Positions 12,519 to 31,619 of a stretch of 64,000 nt of DNA are shown here, one piece after another. Numbering within the stretch: position 1 is the first letter of the stretch; each line of letters starts with the position of its first letter. The position numbers were made by a program, and so were the translations under genes. The notes below the pieces were generated by a model. The model ran no database searches, was not told the DNA's origin, and was given only the letters and a program-made list of their open reading frames with translations. The stretch is from assembly GCA_964057225.1 (NCBI GenBank), contig OZ059898.1, positions 4,278,001 to 4,342,000 of the forward strand, read 5' to 3'. The DNA is from Auanema rhodensis. Taxonomy: Eukaryota > Animalia > Nematoda.

Positions 12519-13895
12519 CTGCCTAAAAAAAAATAATTTATAAAATATAATTGGCAAAAAATAAGAAAAGAGCTGAATAAAGAAAGAAGTCGATCATATC
12601 ATATAAAGAATGTAGTTCATCTTTAGCTTTAACTAATAACAAATCTGGAATAATCTAATCGAATCAGTGGTTTTTTCTGATCATCTACATGATCATAGTG
12701 GAAGGGCAATCAGTGCGTATATATTAATTTCATGTTTGCTTATTATTATTACAAATAGTTAGCTATATTATATAAATAATTTACAATGAAAAATACTAAG
12801 TTATATTCTAATGTAGATAAAGAATTAGCTAGTTTAGATTAAAATTAGTTGATAATTGAACTAGAAGAAACTTTTGTGAAATAACAATCTAAGTGGCAGA
12901 ATCGTTTTTCTCTTATCGCCTCACTATTTCAATCTCTACCTTTCTCCCTGTTTCTCTTTATCTATCATTTTCCTCTTTCAATCTGTTTCTCTCTCTTTTT
13001 CCAGTTCTCTTTATATATCTGTAACTCACTTATACTTTCAGTGAGTGGGACCAGTCTGAGCTGACGGAAAGGGGAGGAGAAAATAGAGAAAACGATAGTG
13101 AGGTATATGAGACGAATATAGTAAGAGATAAAAGAAAAAAGCGAAAAATAAAAAATATATCGTTTAATCTAAATGATGAAGCAGTTAGAAGTGTTGATGA
13201 AGCATGTTCCACCTCCTATTTTGTTTATTATAAAGCACTCTACATGTATAATTCAAAACTGGCAACATTCAGTTGAAGTGAAACTAGAAATGGGTAGAAT
13301 AGTACTAACAGCTATAGTTACGATACTCGGACTGATAATCTCAATACAAACAAATTTCTCCAAGAAAGTAAGGTTGAAAGAATGGTGAAGAAGAAAAGAA
13401 TACGATGAAGATGACAACGACGACGACGATGAAGCCATACGGATGCTGAGAAGAGAAACTCCGCCCATATCAGGTTGGCATCACGACCGGCGGACTACGA
13501 TGACGGCGGCGGCAACGACAACGGTGGCGACATCGTCTCCGTCGTCGCCACCGCAGCTATTTTAGAAGATTTCGTCGCCTGAAGTCACCATAACTGTGGC
13601 GTTCATGAATCGTTAGCGACATATTTTGTTGATGTTGCCTACTATGTGACTGTGCATTATGAGTGGAGAGATGACGAGATGATGGTAAAGTGAAAGTAAC
13701 TAACTGACTACTAGTAGCTTTATCTGACCAAATATAATCTGGTTGGCAGATATGAAAATGGTCAGACGAAAAGAAATAAAGATATATATTCGTATGAACA
13801 GAACATTTAATGATTACAGTGCATGTGTAAATCAAAAAGTATTCCAATTGTAATATTTATAACATTATTGTAATTAAATATATTAATATATATTA

Positions 13896-13926
<31 letters not shown>

Positions 13927-15994
13927 TACATCAATCTATATTTATATATTTAAAAGATGGACGATTTATGAAAATATTAACAATTTATCTAAAACATGCT
14001 TGATGAGCTTCATGTGAACATCTTTTTTAAAAAATTTATTTGGGCAATAATTTTTTTGAAACTTCCTTAGAAAGAACGAAACAGCAGGAGGGAGATTGGA
14101 TATGAAGATGACGACGGAAGGCAGATTTCGAGGATGCAGAGAGGACAGTAGTTGCATCACAACAAGATAATTAGTACAGGATTACAGAACTTGTTTTTTT
14201 TTCGTAAAAAAGAATGCAATAAACACAAAAATCTGAAAACTACGACCTGGCGGTGGCTGTCTGATTACATGTCTATAGAGGGGAGGTACAAAGGTAGAGT
14301 GAAGAATAAGAAAAAAACTGTTGAAGAGACAAGAAATGGCAGATAGATGAAGAAGGGTTTGAGAGAGAATCATATAAACAAAACTGTTCTGGACTGACAG
14401 ACTAACTGGCAAATCCTAAGCCGAGGTAGCCGGATTGAGGATTTGACAACCACAGTATGAGTTAATGATGCCAAGTATGAAAGCAAAAAGAATAAAGGGA
14501 AAGAGAGTGTGAAAACTAAAGTGAATAGTCTAAAAACCGTTAATACAACTAGTATATCAATGGTAAAACATATATAAATAAGCTTATTATATAGATATAT
14601 ATGTATACATATAATATAATAAAATCATTCATAAATGTATTTTTTAACTACTTTGAAATAAACATTTAATAGTATATTATCAATGATAATATTGAAAAGA
14701 TGAACAAGATGAACCAATCAAAAGATGGCATAATCACACGAGAAAACTTCTGAGAAGGGCATGCTCGGTTTTCTCTTAGTGACATTCGCTGATTAACGAC
14801 ATCACTGAGATTGAAGCTAGATAGAGAGGCAGCTTGGTTTTCAAGGTGAATCTAGTCATATGTCAAGTCTCGCCTTTAAGATCTTCAATAAAATACAAGA
14901 TTTTTAAGAAAAAGAATTATGCAAATAATTGTAAAACTTTCACTCATTTCACCGAAAAAAAAGAATTTTATCTTAGTTCATTCATTTATTAAACATATTT
15001 GTTTTTAAGTTCAGCGAATAGATGAATAATATGATCAAAATAAAGTATAACATGTTTTTTTTTCTATTTCAAGAATCATCTATAACACCAATAATAACCG
15101 GAAACTATAAGATTTGGTTATATATTTCATAGAGAGCTCTTACCTTTAACCAAATACAAAAAATATATATAAACACTATCCTGACAGTCATAGTTCGTAG
15201 GTTTTAATTGAAAGGGATGCCTAATGGAGTTATAAAAACAATTTTTATCCAAATATCTCATGCGTTTTTATTGTCAATCTAGATGAAGAAATAGCTGGAA
15301 ATTTTGAAAGGGAAATCGACTTGAACAATCTTAAGTTGTACTTCATATCCTTTTCAAGGAGTCATCACAGATCGTCTTTTCTCTCTCACCCTCTCGTCTC
15401 CTCTCCCTGCTAACTTATCTATTTCTATTTTCTGTATCTTCTTCTTTCTACCATTATATCTTCTAAACGTTTAAGGTTTGCTGATTCTTGTCATCTTACA
15501 ATTATTTTAATCTGTGACACTTGCTTCCCTTGTCGACATGTTGTAACAGTCGCAAAAAAGGAGAATGATAGAATAAAGCTGGTTTTCTCGATGATGCCAT
15601 CGTTGAGAAGGTCACAAATATATGGCAAATCATCTAGATTATAAGGCTTCTTCTCTGCGCCACATATTATATCCTCATACCTCGTAACTGCTTTTTTCAG
15701 AATAGAAATTTATCTGTCAGAAAACCAATTTTACGATAAACTAGATTCAGAATATGAATACAAACAAAAAGACAAAAAATCAGCTTTACTTACTTACAAC
15801 TTGAAGATATTAACAATGAAAACTAGCACAATTATTTTACGAAACTTTTATTAATATTGCTAGCTTAATGATTTAGCAATCAAAACATTTTTTACATACA
15901 ATGATTGAATATTCATTGAATACTGATGACATCATTACATCTTATATATTATCAACAAAACACTTGCATTTAATGCAAGAATGACACAAATATT

Positions 15995-18034
15995 TTACTG
16001 TGAAATTCTAGTTATTTTACAAATTCCTTTTTGGATCGATACTTGAAATATGGATTCTTGGGACCACGTGCGAATAATCTGGAAACATTTCGAAATATAA
16101 ATAACAGTTTTATTTATAAACTTGTAATAAATGAAAACCTGTTGGTATATCAATGACCTTCTAATTTTATCAATCATAAACATGTTTTCAGCCTCAGTGG
16201 AAAAAACTTACATCGTCAGTTAATTCAACATTGATATCTGCGGGACCTGGAACACAGATTGTAACGACTTCCGAGCTTTTCAAGAGCCCTCGTTTTTCAG
16301 CCACTGAACGTAATTCGCTCTGAAAAATAATTTTATATGTGCTTTACTTCAAAATTAACCTGTGTTTTTTCAACTAAATTAATCATCTGATACACTGGGT
16401 CGTCATTCTCATTCTTAGGCATACATGTCATATATACAGTTAGAACAGCTGAGGTAGAAGTAGGAGAACATGATGTTGAAGAGCTGAAGAAAATCAGAAA
16501 TTTTGGATACTAAGTAAAGAAATAATATTTACCATGAATCGTTACTGGTGGAACTATTTGCTAAAACTTCACTTAAAATATTTATATTTGATTAAATGGT
16601 ATTCTTATACAAAACGTACCTTTTATCTTGTTGTAAAATATTTATAATTTTTTTGGTCATGTTAAAAATTCGCCAAAACGAATCTGGTTTATCAATATCT
16701 TTAGTACACAACTGCTAAATAACTTTTAATTTCTAGTTTTGATTCAGTTCTAACCTTTTCACTCTGAGATTCTGTTCGACTATCACACTTGCTCTTTTTA
16801 TACGGAGGCCTTTGAGCAGCTTCTTCTATGTCACCTTTAGAATTGAAAATTGTTTCTGGCTATAATATAATTAAATGAACCCAAACTGTAATTTCAAATT
16901 ACCGTTGAAATATTAATATCTGAACTTGAGGATCCTGCGTCCATTATTTTATCTTCAAGCATTTGTGTCACACTAATAGAAGGGGAATAATGAGGAAGCA
17001 AAACACCAGTTTGACTCTTAAACAACACAGAATTACCAAAAGAAAGTTTAAAGTAACAAACATTAGATTCAGCGTTAGGTGAAGAGGAGTCTTCGTTCAG
17101 AAGAAGCCAGGGAGGAAGTTCATCCAATGGAGATGGGTCGTGGGTATGTTGATTTATTCTTTTAATTATCTATTAAAATGTTTTATGGCAGGCTTTAGTG
17201 TTTTACTTACATGATGCGTTAGAGGATTTGTGTGAACTCTAGCGGGACACTCGCTCTTTCTTTCACATCGCCAAAAACTACGTTGTCCACATTGAGAATC
17301 TTTATCATATGTGAAAATGTACCCATTATCGTACACCTGATAAAACATATATCTTAGGAATATTTAATAAGTTTAATATTATAAACATATGAGTAAAATA
17401 AATTAGTTTATTATGTACCTTAACTCTATTGACACGACGTGTTCGCCTACGCTCTTTCATTCTACCTGCACTTACTGATACCATCGCCTAAAAGGTAAAA
17501 CAAATCAAATTCTGTCTCATAAACTGACATGTAAATTTAATTTAAATGCGCATTTTTATTTTCGATATAATATAAATCTCAAAAATAGGCTGAAAAGGAG
17601 TTATTTTTCTTCTAAACATAAAGCATTTGTAATAAACTGATCACTGAAAAATAAGTTTCATAATATATACCAGTACATATTCATTTCTAAATAATTCAAT
17701 AATTTAGAATACAATAGTATGGTTAAATCTAGAGAAGAATATTCATATATATTTTAATTTATCTTGTTTTATAGATAAAATTACTACCGTACTTTAATTA
17801 CTTCCTCGAAAGGTGATCTCAGTGACTCATCCATTCCATCTACAATAGAAGCTTCTGGATCTAATACAGCGTCTATAAAGCGTCATAATCGAAAAAAATA
17901 AGAAAGATAACATATACGTGGAAATCTCGAGCAATAAACTCCAATAAGAAAAAAAAAACCACTAATATAATATTTAATTGAAACGTACCATTCAAATCGC
18001 CATGACTTCTACAACTTGTCGATGCCATACTCAT
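15995..18034 (-). CDS. FLYWCH zinc-finger transcription factor, peb-1-like, multi-exon
   Basis: An exon encodes GYIFTYDKDSQCGQRSFWRCERKSECPARVHT and the next contains HTH. Further spliced exons run to ...ICKITRISQ*. Confidence 0.8.
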
Positions 18035-18229
18035 CTTAATAGCTTACACGACTATACAATTCATAGAGATGAAGTTTACTAAAATAGGAGTATCATGTAT
18101 TAGACGCTTCTCAAATATCAGAAATAAGGTGGAGAAACAAATTAAGAAAACAATCTTAAATTATGCCAATTAAAAATGAGCTAAAAACAAACAGCTATGA
18201 AAAACATCAAATTTGTAAGAAACATCGTG

Positions 18230-18350
18230 TGAAGGCGCGCCACAGCGCCTCAGCAACACTATGACGCAGCGCCATCTGCTAGTGGCGCCAACACTACGCA
18301 ATCGGACGCGTCGCGCGTCGGCGGCGGGCCCTTTTATCCCTCGTCTTTGC
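18230..18350. promoter_or_regulatory. CpG/GC-rich island upstream of the FLYWCH gene, probable promoter
   Basis: GC-rich patch (GCGCCATCTGCTAGTGGCGCC, GACGCGTCGCGCGTC) in AT-rich intergenic DNA, 200-300 bp upstream of the ATG. Confidence 0.45.
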
Positions 18351-18597
18351 ATATTCCTCAAATTTTCGGAAGTTAGTATACCAGCTAACTATTTATAAAA
18401 AAAAGAAGCGATAGTTTTCTTAATGTAAAAACAAAAGAACTCAAAAGCTAGAAAAAAGAAATCAGAAATTTAGAAAAACAATTTAATATAGAATATGACA
18501 TTCTGTAAGTGGTGATATTAATATTAGAAACAATAACAGAAACAATGTAACAATAATATTGATAACAAAATATATTTTTAAAAATTATGACTATAGT

Positions 18598-19848
18598 TTA
18601 GAACTTTATCTTTCTCTTACGTCCAGAATATTTCGATGAATGGCGAACATCTCTGCAACAACAGTTAATAGTAAACAAACACAACTAACTAATAGATAAA
18701 AAAACTTACTTTCCCTGTTTCTCCATGCGAGACCTTTTGGCTTCAACCCAAGCTTTCGAACCTTTAGAAGGCTTTTTAGTGCGTCTTCCACTCAAGACGA
18801 ATGTTCTATAATAACGTATCTAATGAAACGAAATTTAGGTGTAATATACCTGCGTTCTAAGTTGTCAACTTGGTTTCTTCCTTTGACGTCCTCATCTCCT
18901 GTTAAGGCTTTAGGCAGTTGCTGTACACCTCCAGTCATAAGAACAAGGTAAACCCTGAAAGAGTTATTAAGCTTGCAACTTTTATCCATGTATATTTTAG
19001 AAAATGAAATTACTTTCTGGCTTTTGTACTTTCTGGATAATCAACAACTAAGCCTCCATGAAATCCCGCTTTGGTAGCTTGACTCATAATCAATTCTGTT
19101 TGATTTTCATTTTCGGGATAAAATTGGAAAACTGCTCGAGTGCCTGTACCCTGAAAATAAAAAATAAATATATATCAGTATAAACACAATTACGTACCAA
19201 ACAAGCATATAATGTTTGGAAAAATCTGAATAAGCGTTTTCTTGGATTTTGATCACTAGAGTTTGCATGACACAACCATTGAATAGCAGAAATACTACAA
19301 TTTTCATATATGAGAATTGAAAAAATAAAATTAAAATATACCTTATTGCGCCATCAAAACTTCCTGGACGAAACGGCATTCCTGTTCCCATATCTTTCCA
19401 AACAACATCTCCAATGCTTTCCTCTTTATCTTCCTCATCGGCTTTAGCGATTTCTGAAAAATGATGAGTAAAGATCTTATTTGTACTTAGAACTTACTTA
19501 TCATGGGCAAACTAATATCAATTCCAATCCATGTATGACCGCTGTCGCCCAATATTTCTGAACTAATACCTGTGCCACATCCTAAAAAGAAAATGTTTGA
19601 TTTATAAACAATGGGCAACTACCAATATCTAACATTAAGCATCTTTTCCCTTCAGGTACAGCTATCAATTCTAAAGCTCTTTCTGCCATTTCAGCTTGAA
19701 TTCCAACAATATGAGAATTTCTTGCATATCTTGCGGCTTCGTCTTCATTGTAATACTAAAAAAATACAATAATAAAAACAAGAAAAACAAGTTGTACCAA
19801 ATCAGGAGGTCCTGAATGTTCTGGTCGAATTCTAGCAGCTAACGCCAT
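18598..19848 (-). CDS. BUD23: 18S rRNA m7G methyltransferase BUD23/WBSCR22
   Basis: [47 protein letters not shown], and C-terminal SKYSGRKRK. Confidence 0.95.
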
Positions 19849-20096
19849 CTATTTAAACGTGTTGATTGAAATAGAAAAAAAGAGCTAAGTATAAGAACGT
19901 GGACTAATGCAGATTCAAAAAAAAAAAAAAAAAGGTTTTATTACTTAAGCTCAAAATACGGCCAAATGTGTGGCAAGGTAAACTATTTACAAGTAATGTG
20001 AACTGTACAATGGGAAACTAAAATTTGACTAGAACAGATCATATAGAATCATATATTACTTCAATTGATTCTAGTTTTTATATCAATTCCTTTCAT

Positions 20097-21144
20097 TTAT
20101 TTGAGACTATCTGATACACTTGTGCTTGAAGAGTGGCAGTATTGCTGTAAGAACAAAGACGGAACCCAATATTGAAGAGTATCAGATGATTGTTCATCAA
20201 CCCAAGCATATCCTTCTTTAACGAGATGTTCTAAAACTGTGGCAGCTCGTACATCATCCCATCTTAACAGGATTTTTACAGCACATGATTACGAAAAATA
20301 AAACCTTAGTTTATCCATCACCAACTCTTTAGTGACATAAGCAGCATCTTCAGCAAGTTGTAAAACACGTGAATGATCCATACTCAGTTCGCCTGGTACA
20401 CTTTGAACAAGAAAACGGCCACCTCCTAGAGGAACAAGTTCAAAACCGCCTCCCAGAACTTTTAGTTTATCGACAGCGCGTAATATATCATCACTAAAAA
20501 TGTTATTCATTAGGTAAAATTATATGATACATACGTCGTAATTGTTTCTCTTCTGGTTCTAGCTCTGCTTCGCATTAACCTATTTCTAAGTTCTTCGACT
20601 GTCATTATTCCCCCATTTATATGATTAGTAGCCAAGCACACCTAGTAGGATGTTAGGAAACGCAATACAAACAAAATTATTACCTCTACTATTTGTACTG
20701 CAAGTTCATAATAAAAGTCACCAACTCCCAGTTTTTCAGCCCAAAAACCTTTGCCAGCTATAACGAAGAAAAAAATAAAATAAAATAAATATAAAATTAC
20801 AAGCTAAAGGGTCGACTCCAACGCTAGCACACATTTCTTGAAAATGTCGACGAAACTGGGAATTTTTTCTAATTTCATCTCTATGACGATGTGCAAATTG
20901 CTCCAATCTAAAAATTAATGAGATAAATTCGCAATGTTTCATAATATATTCTGTACCTTACTGTAAAATCATCGAGATGTTGGGAAAACAAACTAAGCTG
21001 ATCTGAAGCAAGTTGCTCTCCTTTCGCATCAAACATTGCCTAAAATAAATATATATTATACATTTCTTTACAGCTGCTAATTACCTGATTTTCTTGCTTG
21101 CGCTGAACAGCACTTACACCAACACCTCGTCTTCTCGAAGCCAT
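20097..21144 (-). CDS. vps-22: ESCRT-II subunit VPS22/SNF8
   Basis: [12 protein letters not shown]; [18 protein letters not shown]; [13 protein letters not shown]. Confidence 0.95.
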
Positions 21145-22244
21145 GATTTAAACCTGTAGTTCAAAATAATTAAATAGTAAATTTAAAGACACGATGTGAT
21201 TAAAACGCTTATTTCATTTTACGCAAATATATTCTAGGTGTTATACACTTCTTAAATTTGTTCTGCATTAAGTAAGACTTCTGATGTAGTTTCTTCTTAT
21301 ATTCGTTATGGTTATAATTAGGTAATTAGGTAATTAAAAATTAAAGAAAAAACTTCAACAGAAAAGAGATAGCACTTAGTAAGTTATGAACATATCATAT
21401 TAAGGATTCAGAAAGTCTATGATTTCCACTCCCCTCACTATAGCGTCGCGCCGAAAGGGGGGATTCAGTACGTAATATTAAATATATTTTAACGTCTATT
21501 TCTTTTTTCACTTCAAAATAAATACTTGTATTATTTTTTAAAGAAACCAAGGAAATCACAAGTAAAAAAAAATAAAAAAAGGGAATATAACAGATATATT
21601 TATTATTTCAAAGAGATAAAGAAAATTTAGGTCCGCAATTACTTCAGGCTGAGTTCTTTTCCCTACCAATGGTTGACTTACGAAAAAGAGATGCTCTTGC
21701 ATGAAAGCTTGGGCAAACTCTATTTCATTTTATAAAGTTGCTCATCCTGCTCAAACTTTATTTTATTTAGTAGTTGGATTAGTATTTGTACGATTACAAA
21801 ATGAAATAATGAACGTAGGAGAACATAACTATTCAAACTTATTAAAACGGTTTGGTGTGATATAGATAAAGGCATTTTTCTCTTCACAAGGTCTTTTTTA
21901 ATCTATTATCAACGATATTATTCTAATTTTTAGTAGTCCATCAAATTATATCTTTTTTAGCCAATTAAATTATTAATGTAATGGGTAATATATCCCAATT
22001 GGTTCTTTGGTCTGTGGATCTAACTGACGACAAGTTTAGGATCAGTTAAATAGATCAACACGTTACTTTTAAATCAACATTTTAATCATTGTAATAATTT
22101 TATTTCTATTTTATCTACATTTTAATATATGAATTAACTAATATTATTAACAATAACAAAACAAATTTTAAAATATAACAAGATAAAACCCATAAAGCAA
22201 CCCTATTAATGCATCACAGTTGTAAAGAATGAAGAAAATTAATT

Positions 22245-23109
22245 TCAGGGACTTAAGAATGTACTAATAAACACACTAGTTTCTGAATTCAAAGTGGCAT
22301 GCCACCATTTATCGGGAAAATATATAACTTCTCCTTTTTTAAGCAAACATTCCAAGGGCTTTTTCTCTCGAGGGAGTTTGGGATATTCATTAAGATACCA
22401 TTCCAAACTCGTATGATCCGGATCAAATTTTGGCTGTTCTTCGAATGGATACAAAAACCATCGCTTACTTCCATGAATAATTTCGGCGAAACCAGGTCCA
22501 TGGAAATGGAACGGGACACCCGTACCAGCACCAGCTATTCCAAAACTTAGTGCAGCAGTATGGCCAGGTAAAGTCCATTTAGGCTGTATATATTCTTCTA
22601 ATAGTGGTGCCCACATTTTCTGATCAATGTCACCAAATAAATATAATGTTTCATTTCCTAAAGTTTCTAAATTTTGTGGTTTCAGCAGGTTCTCAACATA
22701 ATCGCCAAAAGTAGATGGAACCTCAAAAATAAACATAAGAAAATATTAGTAGAAGAAAAATCATACTCTCGTATAACTGTAAGTATTGGCAGAGTTTAGT
22801 ACTACATCAAAATTACGCCAGTCTTCCAGCATTTTGTGCTTTGCTGTTAACTTTTCAAAATTGGAGTTATCAATATTATAAATTATTACAGGCTCAGAAT
22901 AAGCATATCTGAAGAAATAAATTAGAAAGAGAACCTTCACGAGTAAAATACCTATTCAGAAACTCATTCAAGCTTAGTTCATTCCCATCGTGCCGCTCAA
23001 GGTTACAAGGTCCTTCCGCAGCTACAACATCTCGATCGGATGTAGCCCACCCACCGTTATCATCAGAAACAACACATTGAATCAAAAGAAATAATGGTAA
23101 CCATATCAT
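22245..23109 (-). CDS. JMJD8: JmjC domain-containing protein 8, with signal peptide
   Basis: DDNGGW after the signal peptide; SFGIAGAGTGVPFHFHGPGF; YFPDKWWHATLN. Confidence 0.92.
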
Positions 23110-23263
23110 TACTGAAAAAATGTAAAATTATGCTTAAAATTTTTAGAAAAAATAAGATATTAAAGAAAACGAGTAGAAAAAAAAATTTAATAATTGAGAT
23201 CAACATTTGACCGATATAAAACGAATAAGTTTGGTTAGACCATATAATTATGATTAAGATCTT

Positions 23264-23758
23264 TCATACAGCAAATATATTGAGAACTTTGGCTCGTTGA
23301 AGCTCTGACTCTATAAGAAATGAATAAACTATTTAAGAAACAACAAAAACAGACGTTCTTCGGCATTTACCATAGCAACTGCAGATTTTAATTTATTCAT
23401 GAAGCTATAAAGATCATCTGCGCTGTACATGCCAAGAGCTATAAAACTGATGAGAAATAAACTTTAAAATATAAGATAAATAATTAGAAACTGAGAAAAG
23501 AATCTGTTATACGAAATCACCATTTATAAGTTTAGCCTCTTCTAAGCCAACATCTACCACAGATATTTTTTCAGAACTGTCTTTGTTACGATGCTATAAA
23601 TTTTGCATAAAATGGAAAATCTCGACTTTAGATACCCCTGCAGCAAACTTCCAAACTCCGGCTACTCTTTCTCTTAAAAGCAGCTCGGTTTCATTTAGAT
23701 CTTCGTAACACATTAAATCTAGAAATTGAAATCCAGAAAGTCGTGGATTACAATTCAT
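23264..23758 (-). CDS. lin-52: LIN-52, DREAM/MuvB subunit; 4 exons (23758-23636, 23593-23521, 23438-23355, 23310-23264), about 108 aa
   Basis: Manual splice gives MNCNPRLSGFQFLDLMCYEDLNETELLLRERVAGVWKFAAG...EEAKLINALGMYSADDLYSFMNKLKSAVAMVNAEEQSELQRAKVLNIFAV*. This has an LxCxE motif and the LIN52-type C-terminal ExxELxRAKxLNI. Confidence 0.8.
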
Positions 23759-24177
23759 CCTAAATCAAAATAAAAGTTCTATATTATTCTTATAAGATAT
23801 ACATGGTTTCTAACCAATTTAATTAAAACGAAAATATTGAAACGTATATTTAAAAAGATATATACTTTCTCTGTATTACCTTTACAATATCTATAGCATA
23901 AAACACAAAGTAGAGAAAGATTATGAACATAGAAAAAATAACATTAGATGGATATAATGACGAAAGTACTAAAATTGTACAGTTTGATCAGCGGGACATA
24001 TTTAGATGAGTTTAACAGATACCCATGATGACAACATTTATAGATATACCACAATGACTCATGACCCATGGTAATTAATGAAATACATGCAACACAGATC
24101 AATGATTTCTGGATGAACAAAAGGCTATGTATAACCTATAGCTTTCTTAGCATTTCATCCATGACTCTGTCCGAACA

Positions 24178-25394
24178 TCAGCTGTTACTCATATAAGGGG
24201 GCAACTCGATGCCTGTAAAACCAATTATTCAACTACTTCAGTCAATCATTAACCACCAACCTAAATTATCCATCAAACCACGGAGCCAATTGGTGGTTGA
24301 TTTGTCTTGTTCGAGATGATCTTTGAAAGTGCCATCTTTAAGTTGATCAGGAAGACATTGTCTTAAAGCTTGTTGTGCTCTGAAGAAAATTTCACTTTCG
24401 GATTACAATTCTCCAAAAATATACCGAGAATTATCACTCATTCTACTATAACAGCGTATGACATGTTTTAGAAGACGGGTTGATGGTTCACGAGCAAGTT
24501 TCAATACCATTTTTCCCTAAATATAAAAATTATATACTTTCCTTATAACTAAGCATACCAGAATCATGGCTACATGACTGAACCGTTCATAAGTCTGACA
24601 TATATAGTTGAGCCCTGTATCGTCCAGCAATATTTTTTGAAGAATAAAAGTAGCTACAGTTTTCGATAACTCTGTTCCTTGTTCCATTATTCGTAGGCAT
24701 AAAGGTATGATTTCCGTAGATAAAAGGAATGTGATAACCTTAAAGCAGATTATATAAGACGACTTCAACAACTCATACCTCTTTTTCATCGGTTTTCACT
24801 AAAGCACCAATAACACCAAGTGAAGTAAGCCTCAAATATTCAAAAGAGCGGGATGTTTTTGTAGTATGTAGAAAAGGGTAGAGGTAGAGAGGAATATGAG
24901 CTAGAAAATGAAAGTTTAATTTTAAAACAGAAATAGTAGTATAATACCTTGTAGAAAAGGGCCTCGAGTATCTTTATGACTAGCAACACATTGCATTAAA
25001 GCAAGAGCATTACAGACTCTATTGGATTGAGCTGCAGTTAAATTGGCAGGCATAATGGAAGGATAAATTGCTATTATCTGAACAAGTAGTAGTTTCCACA
25101 AATCCATAAAAATTAACTCACTTCTTGAAGTAATGCTGCCATAGTTCCAAAAGAATGCCATAACCAAACGGGAAGTTCAGGAACACTATCTCTCTTTTTA
25201 CTTAACTCCAATAAAGCCTGTTCTCGTTTACTGGGATCTCTTAAGTCGACTATCCATTGAACAATCTCATCTCTGAATGAAGAATAAAAAAAAATTAACA
25301 CATAAAATATTATATACCTATTCACTTCCTGGTTCGCCGAAGACGGTTGAGCAGCTTGTTGAGCTTGCGTTGCTGGAGAAGCTCGAGCATCCAT
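24178..25394 (-). CDS. ntl-9: CCR4-NOT subunit CNOT9/RQCD1
   Basis: [27 protein letters not shown]; [17 protein letters not shown]; [20 protein letters not shown]. Confidence 0.96.
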
Positions 25395-25645
25395 TACAAT
25401 TAGCTCAGCTATTTTGAAAACTAAAAGTATACAAAAAAATAATAAATTATTGAAAGAACTATAGTAAAGATATAATTGGATGAAAAACCAACTAAAACAG
25501 TAAATTGTAAACTTCGGATATGCAGTTTAAGAAACAATAAATTACATCATAAGATCAACCGTAAATTACTCCGAACATCGACATGAAGATCATAAAACAG
25601 GAAAAATAACAACAACAACTTTCTAGAAAGTAGAAAAACCGGAAC

Positions 25646-30298
<4,653 letters not shown>

Positions 30299-30517
30299 CT
30301 AAATAAGTCAATATAGGTTCAACCTATTGTAGTGTGCAAATGTATAATCATCGTAAGAAACGATCAGAAAAAATGATAAAATCTTGAAATTATTATTTTT
30401 AGTAATATAAATAATTAGTGGAATGTAGTAAAAATAATCGATTGTAGAAATTTAAATTATATATACAATATGCTCGTAAGTAAAGTCAAAATCTTGAGAT
30501 CTGTTAAATGGGATTGA

Positions 30518-31619
30518 TTATCCTAACACTGGTTGTCCTTCATAAATCATAGAGACTTCGGTATTTCCGTAAACGGCACAAATTGCTGGAAAAAGTTTAA
30601 CAGGTGGTAAATCTTCGAAGGCTATTCCTAAAAATTCCGAATTCCGCTCAAAATATATTAAATGTTTATCGCAATCTACAATCATTCGAATTCTTTCTCC
30701 AACCTAAATGATTGAATGTGATAAATTGATAGTTTTGATATTTACTTGATATTTAGGAGGGTTATTAACCCTAGGGTAAATTCCTAATTGGTCACCATTA
30801 TGAAGCAAAACGTTGTCAACCAAATTCCAACCCCAACTTTGATCATCACTGCCTAACAAGGGAACATATCCAGGACAATGCAAAGCTGCATGTCTAAATG
30901 AAAGTATTATTGTAGCATTGTTTTTTAATCTTACCGAGTGGCTATACCGATAACAGCTACTGTTCCAAGGGGTCCCTCCCAAACTAAATTGAAAGCATGA
31001 ATTCCTTGAGATATTCCAATTTTCCCCCTAACACCATCAGTGCTCTGAGCTACAGGTTGCCTGTGTACAGTGAACCCATTTGTGCGAACGTAGTTATGTC
31101 TAAATAAAGTTCGTTATTGTAAAACAATTCAATTGTAATTTACTTAGAAACATCAGTACTATTCCAAGCATGAAAGAACGCTCGCAACTTCTTTTTATAT
31201 GAGCCTACTTCTGCAAGAAGAAAAGGATCAGATAAGGCACTTTCAGGTACAATTTTTTGCGAAAAGTACGACCAGACTGGACTATCCTAAAAAAGAGAGA
31301 GTTAAAGTTTGGGCTTTTCACATCACATTACCTCAACTGACAGTACGTTATTCCAGTGCTTGCACACCAACATGCAGCACTTTATATCTTTTAAAGATAC
31401 ATATTGAAAAATTTTAACGAGAACATGATGAGGAAGTCTAGACGCAGGCACTGACAATATCATAGTTATAATATAGCCAAAAATATAATGAAACTCACCA
31501 CCCAAAGCTGCTTTGTTATTGCTTATACGTGTGGCTTTTGAACTTTCAGTCTTCGCTACTGCTTCTTCATTACTGTCAACTGTGGAAACGTCCTTACTGA
31601 CCGGATCATACCTAGTCAT
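30518..31619 (-). CDS. fsn-1: F-box/SPRY protein FBXO45/FSN-1
   Basis: F-box [17 protein letters not shown]; SPRY motifs [15 protein letters not shown] and [16 protein letters not shown]. Confidence 0.95.

Noticed and set aside
13030-14412. Short ORFs upstream of toh-1
   Set aside because: No recognisable domain or consistent splice pattern.
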